A DNA stretch of 63,415 nucleotides, filler included, from Octopus bimaculoides (taxonomy: Eukaryota): assembly GCF_001194135.2 (NCBI RefSeq). It is 6 parts of 6 records of this genome, joined end to end, with 100 filler letters (N's around TTAATTAATTAA, not from the genome) between each part and the next. Parts side by side here need not be neighbours in the genome. Positions count along the whole stretch, not along the records: positions 34,866 to 52,567 come from NC_068987.1; positions 52,668 to 56,826 come from NC_069000.1; positions 56,927 to 62,085 come from NC_068985.1; positions 62,186 to 63,415 come from NW_026377018.1; 2 more parts are not named here. The stretch is one strand, 5' to 3'. Of the stretch, positions 50,817-62,379 are shown in pieces (position 1 is the stretch's first letter; each line of letters opens with the position of its first letter). The translations under genes were made by a program, and so were the position numbers. A model generated the notes under the pieces. The model did not search any database. It was not told where the DNA came from and saw nothing but the letters and a program-made list of their open reading frames with translations.

Positions 50817-52530
50817 TATTAACACTTACCAGGATTTCAGCTGGGGGTTAATTTTGACGTAAAATCCATCGAGAGTAAAGGGCTTCTAACTGTTGCTACT
50901 GCGTTTGTTCTTGATTGCTGGTTATCTCGTTTCGGCTTGTCAAAATGTACTCAGAGAGTGATATTCGTGTTGTACAAGCGTTTATCACTATTATCCAAAA
51001 CTGTAGAAATTTCTCTTTATAGGGTCCTCAGTTGACATTCCAAGCAGTGAAAGCCCTATGATGAAAGACTAGTGATATGTGCAGATCTAACCAACAGGAA
51101 ACGCACATTTACAAATTCGCAGATTGGGAGCAGGAGCTTATTCTAACACCATTCCCATGTCTTCCCGTGACAGGGACCAACTCTGTGGGGAAAGGGAAGA
51201 TTCTTGTGACTGAGCAGCCCTTTTTTAGGGAGAGCACTGCTCATCCATTTTATTGGCAACAAGAAAATACAAAGTGATAACAATAATCTATGAATTGTAA
51301 AAGTTTATTTTTGCGAGTGTCAAAAACTTAACGAACTATATCGGGGAAATTTAAACATTCAAATAGTAAATTTTAAAATACATACAATTAAATATATATA
51401 ATAAAAATTCAGAAAATGAGTGTATACGAACATTTAAATATAAATGTACACAGCAATATATTTACAAATATAAACAAATGCTTGTGGTGGCGACGGTGAC
51501 CGAAAAATATATAAAAGAACATAGAAAGAAGAGAAAAACGAATTAGAAAAGGTGAAATAGCATAGAACATCCAAATAAACCGAAGTCTAACCTCGATAAA
51601 AGAAGAGAGATAATTAGAATATTTTTCTCCGTAAGGAAGATAAACAAAATAATTGAAATAATAAAAATTTTGAAAATAGAGCCACATTCAAAGTTGACAT
51701 ATATTTTGCTCAAGTAAGTAGGGGAAACAACATGAGAATTAGCACATTTTGTTTGATGACACATGCCCAAGTTTACCATTTTTTTCCAAGTTTCCTAGCA
51801 ACGAATAAGTTGTAATTACAGAAGAACATTTCTATTTTAACAATCAAAACAAGATTGAGAAATACTAATGAGTGTTATAAATATATACAACAATACTTAA
51901 ACAAATTGCGAATAGAAATAATTAATGAAAGAAATTTAGTCTACTGATCCATTAATGTGAAGTCATTTAATTCGGTCGTTTACAAAACGTTTTCAAACTC
52001 AAGGCAAATTACACCTACATTTTAATCAAATGAATATGTATAAACCCGATACCTCTATTTTTAGATACACAATGTAATTAATAAGAATTTTTTAAAATAC
52101 GAAAATTTTTCATGAGTAAATTTTAATCTCCATTCGGAGTACAAAATTATACGCTTGGAATTGTTCGCAACGCTATGAAATTTGATAAAGATCTTGAATT
52201 TTATTGGTACATGTGCCTGGAAGTAACGTGTAGTTACAGACAATGCTTTAATTTTATTCCTTTTGTGTTTTCAGCAAGTGGATCGTTCTTACTAACCTAA
52301 GTACATATTTGAACCCGATTCTTATTTTGCTTTAAAACCTATAAATTGATTTGTTAAGTTATGAACTAGAAAAGGGCACAACATGACTTCTCGTTTAAAG
52401 GGAGGTAATAATAAAGAAAAAGTGTCATGCATATATACGTACATATATGTATATATAATTACGCACGTGCACACTTACATATAAGAAGTATATATGAATA
52501 TATATATGTGTGTGTGTGTATGTGTGTGTG

Positions 52531-52567
<37 letters not shown>

Positions 52568-52782
52568 NNNNNNNNNNNNNNNNNNNNNNNNNNNNNNNNN
52601 NNNNNNNNNNNTTAATTAATTAANNNNNNNNNNNNNNNNNNNNNNNNNNNNNNNNNNNNNNNNNNNNATATATATATATATATATAACATAAACATACAC
52701 ACACATATTTATGCGTGTGTGTGTATGTGTAGGTGGGTATGCCTGTGTGCAGAAATATATACGCTTTGTATGTGTCCGAAAA

Positions 52783-52959
52783 TGGCCCAAAATTTTTGGG
52801 GAGGGGACCAGTTGATTATATCGACGCAGTCCGCAACTGGTACTTAATTTATGAACGGCAAAGTTGACCTCGGTGGAATTTGAACTCAGAACGTAAAAAC
52901 AGACGGAATATCGCTAAGCATTTCGCCCGGGGTGCTAGCATATCTGCTACCTCGCCGCC
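52783..52959 (-). mobile_element. SINE family A
   Basis: Reverse-complement match to family A. Confidence 0.85.
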
Positions 52960-53377
52960 TCACCCTTTTATATATATTGAATATATATTCATCTTATATT
53001 GGATAAGTATTAAATATAATACGAAACTTATTAAAACTTCTTAGATATTGGCCTGTGGCTATATTTGGGATCCTCCTTCAACACTATATGGCGTTCAAAG
53101 TGACCCTGGTTACATAGAGTAGCCAGACTGGCATTTTATTGTTCTTAAATTTATAGAATGTCTACTTTGCAATTTCGTCTGGTTAGCAGTATTCTTATGT
53201 CAAACATATTAATATATGCATGTGCACATATTAAACATGCACACACACTCTTGCACACATATTATAATATAAATTAAAATGAATAATGAAATGAAAACAT
53301 TTGGCATCACCCATATATTTGTGCGTGTGCGTGTGCGCGTGCGTGTTTATACATATGTATATATATATGTGTGTATA

Positions 53378-53452
<75 letters not shown>

Positions 53453-53463
53453 ATATATACATG

Positions 53464-53505
<42 letters not shown>

Positions 53506-54028
53506 ATGGAGTCCCACATCGTTAGACGACGTATGGGGTTTCGACAATTTCTTACCGAACAACCACACAAATGATTTGTTTATAATGTACAGGTGCAACA
53601 TGTCAGACGTTGAAATTATCGCAGAGAAACGTGAAATGAAGTGTTTTGCTCAAGATGACAACGCACGAACCCACGAACACACAATCGTTAGTGCAACACC
53701 CTAACCACTAAGCTAAGCGCCTATATATTATATATACTCCTGTATGAAGTGCTAATTTATAGTATATTTCATACCAAGGACTACACTGGCAACAATTGAC
53801 CGTAGGTAACGGACCTTGGGGTCGCGTGAATGTGATTATGTTTATGTGCGTATGTATATACATAAAAATAATAAATATGTTGGGATTCATTCATTCGATT
53901 AAAATATTTTCAAGACTGCGATCCAGCATGGCCGCACTTTAATGACTAAAACAAGTAAAAGATAAAAATACATACATTCATGCTCACACACATATGTATA
54001 TGTACACACATACACACACATGTATGTA

Positions 54029-54062
<34 letters not shown>

Positions 54063-54907
54063 NNNNNNNNNNNNNNNNNNNNNNNNNNNNNNNNNNNNNN
54101 NNNNNNNNNNNNNNNNNNNNNNNNNNNNNNNNNNNNNNNNNNNNNNNNNNNNNNNNNNNNNNNNNNNNNNNNNNNNNNNNNNNNNNNNNNNNNNNNNNNN
54201 NNNNNNNNNNNNNNNNNNNNNNNNNNNNNNNNNNNNNNNNNNNNNNNNNNNNNNNNNNNNNNNNNNNNNNNNNNNNNNNNNNNNNNNNNNNNNNNNNNNN
54301 NNNNNNNNNNNNNNNNNNNNNNNNNNNNNNNNNNNNNNNNNNNNNNNNNNNNNNNNNNNNNNNNNNNNNNNNNNNNNNNNNNNNNNNNNNNNNNNNNNNN
54401 NNNNNNNNNNNNNNNNNNNNNNNNNNNNNNNNNNNNNNNNNNNNNNNNNNNNNNNNNNNNNNNNNNNNNNNNNNNNNNNNNNNNNNNNNNNNNNNNNNNN
54501 NNNNNNNNNNNNNNNNNNNNNNNNNNNNNNNNNNNNNNNNNNNNNNNNNNNNNNNNNNNNNNNNNNNNNNNNNNNNNNNNNNNNNNNNNNNNNNNNNNNN
54601 NNNNNNNNNNNNNNNNNNNNNNNNNNNNNNNNNNNNNNNNNNNNNNNNNNNNNNNNNNNNNNNNNNNNNNNNNNNNNNNNNNNNNNNNNNNNNNNNNNNN
54701 NNNNNNNNNNNNNNNNNNNNNNNNNNNNNNNNNNNNNNNNNNNNNNNNNNNNNNNNNNNNNNNNNNNNNNNNNNNNNNNNNNNNNNNNNNNNNNNNNNNN
54801 NNNNNNNNNNNNNNNNNNNNNNNNNNNNNNNNNNNNNNNNNNNNNNNNNNNNNNNNNNNNNNNNNNNNNNNNNNNNNNNNNNNNNNNNNNNNNNNNNNNN
54901 NNNNNNN

Positions 54908-54956
<49 letters not shown>

Positions 54957-55050
54957 GTGTGTATGTGTGTGCGTGTGTGTGTGTGTATGAGTGAGTGTGA
55001 GTCAAGTGCGCGTCAAGTGTAATTGCGATTATCTGTGCTACGACGTCCAC

Positions 55051-55092
<42 letters not shown>

Positions 55093-55099
55093 ATACGTC

Positions 55100-55169
<70 letters not shown>

Positions 55170-55620
55170 TGTACATGTATATGCATACATACTACATAAA
55201 CACATACATTCATATATTCACAATTCGTTATACAATCTAATTAAAAATGCAGGGCGTCGACAATTCTGCTATCTGTTGCTTTTCCATTTTTCCACCAGGT
55301 TGAGAAATCGGCACTGTGAGAAAGGAAAGGTTTAAACAGATGATAATTTAAACATGTAAACTGTCGGAGGCAGGAAAAAAATGCAAACGCAAATTTGACG
55401 GCTGTAGGGTATAGATGTTTAGACTGAAGTCGTATACTGCGACATTGTATACATACTATACACTCTACGAACAAAGTTAGGATATACGAATGTGTGTACA
55501 TGTGCGTGTGTGTAGTGTGTTTGCGTGTGTGTGTGTTTTGTATGTGTATGTACACACGCTACACACAAATATACATACATATACATATATATATATACAT
55601 ATACGTACAAACATATCTAT

Positions 55621-55652
<32 letters not shown>

Positions 55653-55921
55653 NNNNNNNNNNNNNNNNNNNNNNNNNNNNNNNNNNNNNNNNNNNNNNNN
55701 NNNNNNNNNNNNNNNNNNNNNNNNNNNNNNNNNNNNNNNNNNNNNNNNNNNNNNNNNNNNNNNNNNNNNNNNNNNNNNNNNNNNNNNNNNNNNNNNNNNN
55801 NNNNNNNNNNNNNNNNNNNNNNNNNNNNNNNNNNNNNNNNNNNNNNNNNNNNNNNNNNNNNNNNNNNNNNNNNNNNNNNNNNNNNNNNNNNNNNNNNNNN
55901 NNNNNNNNNNNNNNNNNNNNN

Positions 55922-55985
<64 letters not shown>

Positions 55986-56534
55986 TAGGAATGTATAAAG
56001 TCATAAGTGTATAGACAAATATAAAATACATACATACATACATATACATATATATATATATAAATGTGAGTTTGTGTACGTGCGTGTGTGTATGTGATTA
56101 TGTGTGTGCGCGCGAGCGTGTGTGTGCGTGTGTGTCTACATAAAAAAGAAATCAAAATATTTAAGTAAATTAATATGTAGAAAACATGCAGACCTGCTGT
56201 GAAGTTGACAGTTGAGAGCTATTATTAGAAGGATTGACATAAGTATGTATTTGTATGTACTGTATATATGATGTATGTATATAATTATACATCGGTATAT
56301 ATACACATGTCAGAGATGTGAAATGTATATACAGGCGCAGGCGTAAATGTGGGCAAGGAAGGTTGCTCCCCAACCAAATGGCTGTGGGTTCATTCTTACT
56401 GCATAGCGTTTTGGGTAAGCGTTTTCTTCTTCAGCACAGATCGACCAAAGGTTTATTTATAAGTGGATTTGAAAAAAGCCTGTTGTGTGTGTATGTATGT
56501 ATATATATATATATACATATAACTATATATATTC

Positions 56535-56738
56535 TTTTCTAATCTAGGCACAAGGCTCGACATTTTGGAGGAAGTGACCAGTCGATTAGATCGACTCCAG
56601 TATGCAACTGGTAGTTAATTTATCGAACCCAAAAGTATGAATGGTAAAGATAACCTCGGCAAAATTTGAACTCAGAACGTAAACACAGGCGAAATACCGC
56701 TAAGCCCGGCGTGCTAACGCTTCTGCTACCTCGCCGCC
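56535..56738 (-). mobile_element. SINE family A
   Basis: Reverse-complement match to family A. Confidence 0.85.
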
Positions 56739-56771
56739 TTTATATTTACATACATACACATATACATATGT

Positions 56772-56826
<55 letters not shown>

Positions 56827-56927
56827 NNNNNNNNNNNNNNNNNNNNNNNNNNNNNNNNNNNNNNNNNNNNTTAATTAATTAANNNNNNNNNNNNNNNNNN
56901 NNNNNNNNNNNNNNNNNNNNNNNNNNC

Positions 56928-57208
56928 AATATCAGTGAAGAATTTCACTGGAAAAGAAGATATAAGGTTTGCCAGGTTTTTGTCTCTCTCACCAAGGTCA
57001 TCAGCTGTCGAACGCCGACGAAGGGAAATAACCCTGAAATCCGGATACGTTCGTGCTGCTGGTCGAGGTGAGAGGGATAACTCCCTTGGCAAACAGGACA
57101 CAGTCGTGTGTCGATAAGCCAGCTGGAGGAGATGTCCTCCTGGGGCTAAAAGCAACAGTAACATCCACCCCTAGGGGTCAGCCACACTTAAGTGGCAATA
57201 TACTACAC
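56928..57208 (+). mobile_element. Second member of the retrozyme-like family (left end lost in gap)
   Basis: Reverse complement shares GATGTTACTGTTG.TTTTAGCCC.AGGA..ACATC...TCCAGCT with 5811-5860; same nested stems. Confidence 0.72.
57009..57052 (+). ncRNA. Minimal type-I hammerhead with a U4->C substitution
   Basis: CGAACG-CCGACGA-AGGG(AAAUA)CCCU-GAA-AUCCGGAU-A-CGUUCG. Confidence 0.78.
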
Positions 57209-57210
57209 TT

Positions 57211-57242
<32 letters not shown>

Positions 57243-57357
57243 TGGGTAGAACGTCACCAACAGTAAACAACATGAGATACGAAAACAAATGAGTTGAATA
57301 CGCAAACAAGGAAAGAAACAAATGGAAAACAGGACAAGTAACATAATAAATGACCCT

Positions 57358-57428
57358 TCCTCAGTTGTCGGCTGTCCATCTATTCCTCATTTCGAGCATT
57401 GAACGACAATATGAGTCTTCGTAGGCAG
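57358..57428 (-). ncRNA. Non-circularly permuted hammerhead-like motif, core intact
   Basis: Minus: CUCAU-A-UUGUCG-UUCAAUGCUC-GAA-AUGAG-15nt-CGACAA-CUGAGGA-AG; lies in a PLE-terminal-repeat-like segment ~57240-57480. Confidence 0.7.
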
Positions 57429-58048
57429 TTGCACCCACAAATACCAAAATAAAATTTGGGATTTATGGAGGGTCAAATGTGTGGGGCTGTATACATGTGT
57501 GTATATGCATAAGGTTTGCAAGTCTAACGGAGACCTCAAAATACAATTTAAGATCCACAGAGATCAGAACTTATCTACAGCTCATGGTGGTCCAAATCAG
57601 ATATGCTACCTATGTGGGTGTCTTTTCAATACATTGATTTAAAAGCCACATCAGACGCCATGATGGATCTAAGGTGTAAGTACAAGAGGTGGTTAAACTC
57701 TTTTTTTGTGTGTGTGTATATAAAGTGTATATATATATGATAGGAAAAGGCCAGCATTTCCCGTGATCGGAATGTCAGCCGTCTACAGCTGAGTTGAATG
57801 GAGCAACCTGACCCCTAATCCACTTGAACGCACGCCTTCACATATACATACTGTACATTTACACCGTATATATATTAGTTACTATTTAGCAGCAGTGTTT
57901 ATTCCAGATAACAATGGTTTTTGCATTCGTTATTATATAACTGCACTGTTTATACCAGATAAGAACGACTATTTGTATTAGTTACTATATAGCTAAGGTG
58001 TTTACGTAACATAGCCATTGGCTTTTAGTATTACTATAGTTGCAGTAA

Positions 58049-58260
58049 GGCAGTGAGCTGGCAGAATCGTTAGCACGCTGAGCGAAATGCTTAGCGGTAT
58101 TTCGTCTGTCTTTACGTTCTGAGTTCAAATTCCGCCGAGATCGACTTTGTCTTTCATCCTTTCGGGGGCGATAAATTAAGTGCCAGTTCCGTACTGGGAA
58201 CGATCTAATCGACTGGCTCCCTCCGCCAAAATTTCGGGCCCTGTGCCCAGAGTACAAAAG
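58049..58260 (+). mobile_element. SINE family A, full length, CpG-rich
   Basis: Best-preserved copy: A-box-like GGCAGAATCGTTAG, B-box-like GAGTTCAAATTCC. Confidence 0.9.
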
Positions 58261-58433
58261 AAATATCGATAGTGTTTGTTTATACCACACAAAATGATTC
58301 TCCTTGTATCCGTCCCTACGATTCCGTTATTCAAACTACAAATCAATTGTTGTTTGTATAAGTTACAATATATTTTGCATTACTGTATCAGTAACAAAAT
58401 ATCTCTCGGTATCTTTCACTAAATTTCCTTCTA

Positions 58434-58590
58434 TCAGGTCATCCCATAAGTTCTGTCCGAATTTTGAATAAAGAAAACAAGTGATCAAATGTTATATTTA
58501 ATTGAAATTTAATCATCAGTGTACTTTCCCTGATTATCTATGACTTCCTTAAAAAAGGTAAAATCGGACAGAACTTATGGGATGACCTGA
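58434..58590. mobile_element. 157-bp Tc1/mariner MITE
   Basis: Perfect 27-bp TIR TCAGGTCATCCCATAAGTTCTGTCCGA; TA on both sides. Confidence 0.92.
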
Positions 58591-59199
58591 TATTTTTCAC
58601 CATAACAATTACCTTAGGAAACTGTTACAGTAAACCATACTTTACTCGAATCCTTGCTTCCAGGTCAGGTCAGGAATGTTCTGCTACAGGTATCATATCA
58701 TTTGATACTTCCTGTTTCATCGTTAAATGACCAGCAATGACACCAGTTCCTCCACCTCGCTCGCCAAGTAAGAAGGGTGCTGTGGACATTCTGCAGGACT
58801 AAAGACAAGACCTGTCATAGGACGGATGAGCTCATTTTAAGCTTACGGTCATCCAAACGATTGGTGTCTCGTAGAAACACCATGCCTGGGAGTTGGTGAA
58901 CCGTGCAGTTGGTTCAACATTGACGCCATGAAAGCTCCAATGAAAGACGTACTGTGCTCTCGAGTTGGAATCGACGTCCGCGAGTGAAGGAGAACGAGAA
59001 GAGAAACCTTGCTTTGTTCCCTTAAGCCCTGAGCGCCTTGGCGGAGTCATCTGCGGGAGTATTGTGGCATACGGCGTGCCTTGACTAATTTTAGACCTGG
59101 TTGAATTTTTTTCCAGAAAGAGAGGCAGAACGATAGAAAGGCAGCGACAAAGGCAGCGAGAAATAGAGAAAAGTCAAGCTTAGCAGAGGACTGATACTT

Positions 59200-59320
59200 T
59201 ATTTATCGACCCCGAAAGAATGACAAGCAAAATTAACCACGGTAGAATTTGAAGTCAGATTATACGGAGTCGAAACGATCACCGTAAAATAATCTGACTC
59301 TCTAACTACTCTGCTATTGG
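59200..59320 (-). mobile_element. SINE family A, degenerate
   Basis: TTTATTTATCGACCCCGAAAGAATGA..AGAATTTGAAGTCAG. Confidence 0.65.
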
Positions 59321-59356
59321 CTGTCTGCCTCTATATATCTGTCTGTGTGTCTCTCT

Positions 59357-59397
<41 letters not shown>

Positions 59398-59407
59398 NNN
59401 NNNNNNN

Positions 59408-59451
<44 letters not shown>

Positions 59452-60570
59452 GTACTATGTCCCCCTCTGGCTATACTGGTTACTATATCTCTAGTGCTTT
59501 TACCACGCAACAAAGTCTCTCCGTATCATTTAACACAGGTCCAAGTTTTATTCTACACATTTTTTTTTAATATTTATTTAATGAAATCTAAATTACTTGT
59601 CTGTTCCTCTCATATAACCTATCATAAAACTATTTAATTCACCTAAATAACCCACTTAGTTGACAATATTTGGTAGAGGGAAATTTTCTATTCCACTGCC
59701 ACTCCATATAAAATCAACGGCTGAAACTGATTGTTCTGAAATTAAACGCCGATTTCCTTAACAAAATCTCAGCAGCCATCTTTGCAGAAAGAAATGCTGA
59801 ACGTTGAGAGTACTGTACGAGGTCAATATAGCAAGAACGAAAGTGGTTTGAGAATCTTTTTACGTTAGATGGAATTAAGAAATAAAAGACGCCCATCTGC
59901 CGGTAATTGTTCATTATTTACAGCCGGTGAACAGTCTTAGAAGAGTTTAAACTTTAATCTATCAGAGACGGCTGCAGTTGCCATTGCAGTGTTTATTTAC
60001 CGAATACATACAATAGGATCGATATTCGGCTATGATTAAAATGGCCAGTAACAATATCAGGCAACATTATAGTATTGAATTCGAAGAAACTTGAGCATTA
60101 ATGATATTAGCAATAATTCGCTTAGACTTAGCAATTAAGAAGATTTACAAGAATTTCTTTATTAATCTTGATTCTAGTCGGAATAATATTTTGAAAAGCA
60201 TTCATTACAATATTGTTCAGAGACTATTCAACAAGAGGAATATAATCCGTATGTAGAAATTTATTCAATAATTCTATATAAATCTTACGCCGTTTTTGTT
60301 TTAATGACAACAGAGGAATGGGCTTCTGTGAGACATCGATATTATATATAATTTATTCTACCTCAATCCACTTTGAATATTGTAGATGGTTTTACCATAG
60401 CCATGGGTTCGATATATACATATACATATACGTACATACGTATAAATTTATATATAAATAATACAAAATGGGACAAGAACACAAAACATCCAGGTCATAC
60501 AAGGAAAGGACAAAAAACATCCAGATAGACGATACAAAGAAAACAAGGACAGGTCATTCAGAGTTTTCTT

Positions 60571-60637
60571 TCCTCGGTCGAGTTCCAGATTATCCTTGCA
60601 ATTTCGGCTGGTTATACTCGTGATTGCTCCAATCTGG
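60571..60637 (-). ncRNA. Non-circularly permuted hammerhead-like motif (U4->C, one stem I mismatch)
   Basis: Minus: CCAGAUU-GGA-GCAAU-C-ACGAG-11nt-GAA-AUUGC-6nt-AAUCUGG-AA-CUCGA-CCGAGGA; lies in a PLE-terminal-repeat-like segment ~60455-60780. Confidence 0.6.
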
Positions 60638-61002
60638 CCAGCCCAAAGGAAAAACTAAGCTACGAGCATTAGATTCCTTGCAAGAAAGCAGCGAATGTAT
60701 ACGAAAACAAAGACGGGAAAAAACGAACAATGTTACACAAATACAATAAAAATTAAAATAATAACAGGACATAACAACAGATATGTATGTATGTATGTAT
60801 TATGTATGTATGTATGTATGTATGTGAGTGACCCCACTGTCTGGCATTCGCCATGATAGATCGCTAGCCACTAAATCATTAAATACTTACTGCGGAGAGA
60901 CTTTGAATACCCTGTATAACTAGATCTACGTAGTGGAAGCACAAACTGGATTATTGAGAGAATTATTGAGAGAATTATTGACAGCTTTAATCTATCAATA
61001 CA

Positions 61003-61342
61003 TGGTGTGGCTGAATTGTAAGGATTTTGCTTTCTAACTAAGTGGTTCCGGGTTCAGTCCCTCTGCGTGGCAACATTGCTCCAGTTGACGAAACGCTCGT
61101 GAATGGATTTGGTAGAGGAAACTGAAAGAATCCTAAAGTACATATATGTGTATGTGTGTATGTGTGTATGAGTGTGTGATTGGTGTCTGTGTCTTTGCGT
61201 TCGTGTTTGTCTCCACAAACGTTTGATAACTGGTGTTCGCTTATTTACGTCACCGTAACTTAGTGGTCAATTCAATCTATTAAAGCCCTTCATGGTGGTG
61301 CCCCAGCATGGCCGCAGTTTAATGACTGAAAGAAAAGGAAAA
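61003..61342 (+). mobile_element. SINE family B, diverged full length
   Basis: GGTTCCGGGTTCAGTCCC head; CAGCATGGCCGCAGT tail. Confidence 0.8.
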
Positions 61343-61384
61343 TGCAAAACTTTAAAGATAGATGTTAAAAATATTGGAACTGTG

Positions 61385-61558
61385 CACGCACGCTCACACA
61401 CGCACAGACATACACACACATACACACACATGCACACACACAAACACACACACACAAACGCACACACATATTCACGCACACATACACACACGCACACACA
61501 CATACACACACATGCACACACACAAACACACACAGACAAACGCACACACATATTCACG

Positions 61559-61594
<36 letters not shown>

Positions 61595-61850
61595 TGCATA
61601 CACACGCACATACACACGCACATACATACGCACATGCACACACACACAAACACGCAAACACACACAGACACACACAAACACACATGCACACGCACATACA
61701 CACGTACATACATAGGCATATGCACACACAAACAAACACACACACATACACGCAAATACACACACACACACATTCCATCGATCCATCGAAACATACAAAC
61801 ATACATACATGCATGCATGCATATGTGAGTGTATGTAGATAGATAGATAA

Positions 61851-61881
<31 letters not shown>

Positions 61882-61960
61882 GATACATACATACATACAT
61901 ACATACATACGTACGTACGTAGGTAGGCAGGCAGGCAGGCAGGCAGACAGGCAGGCAGGC
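61385..61960. repeat. Compound (CA)n/(TAGA)n/(CATA)n/(GGCA)n microsatellite
   Basis: Direct reading. Confidence 0.9.
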
Positions 61961-62186
61961 AGTATCATAATGATGTTCTTTCTTGGTGCGATTACCTCTC
62001 CCAGCTGCCATTGAACTCCTTCGCCATCTCACCCAATCACACAACTGCACCTGACGAACTTCCTGTGGTGTAGCTAATACAGCCANNNNNNNNNNNNNNN
62101 NNNNNNNNNNNNNNNNNNNNNNNNNNNNNTTAATTAATTAANNNNNNNNNNNNNNNNNNNNNNNNNNNNNNNNNNNNNNNNNNNNC

Positions 62187-62285
62187 TACTATAATGTGGC
62201 TTTGTCTAAAGCTGGATATGACCAGAAAATTTCTTACCTTAGTCCTGGTAGGACATCTCTTCTTGATGCAGATAATAATAATAAC

Positions 62286-62379
<94 letters not shown>

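Noticed and set aside
50900-51070. CCGAAACG and CTGAGGA/TGATGA boxes near 50.9-51.1 kb
   Set aside because: Could not build stems I and III in either canonical or permuted order.
53510-53580. Minus-strand GTCGAAACCCC as a seventh permuted hammerhead
   Set aside because: No UH at the expected spacing and no intact CUGANGA.
58633-59060. GC-richer stretch resembling a LINE remnant
   Set aside because: Could not recover a diagnostic protein motif by eye, so it was left uncalled.
1037-61342. tRNA genes
   Set aside because: All A/B-box-like sequences are SINE heads; no complete cloverleaf was found.
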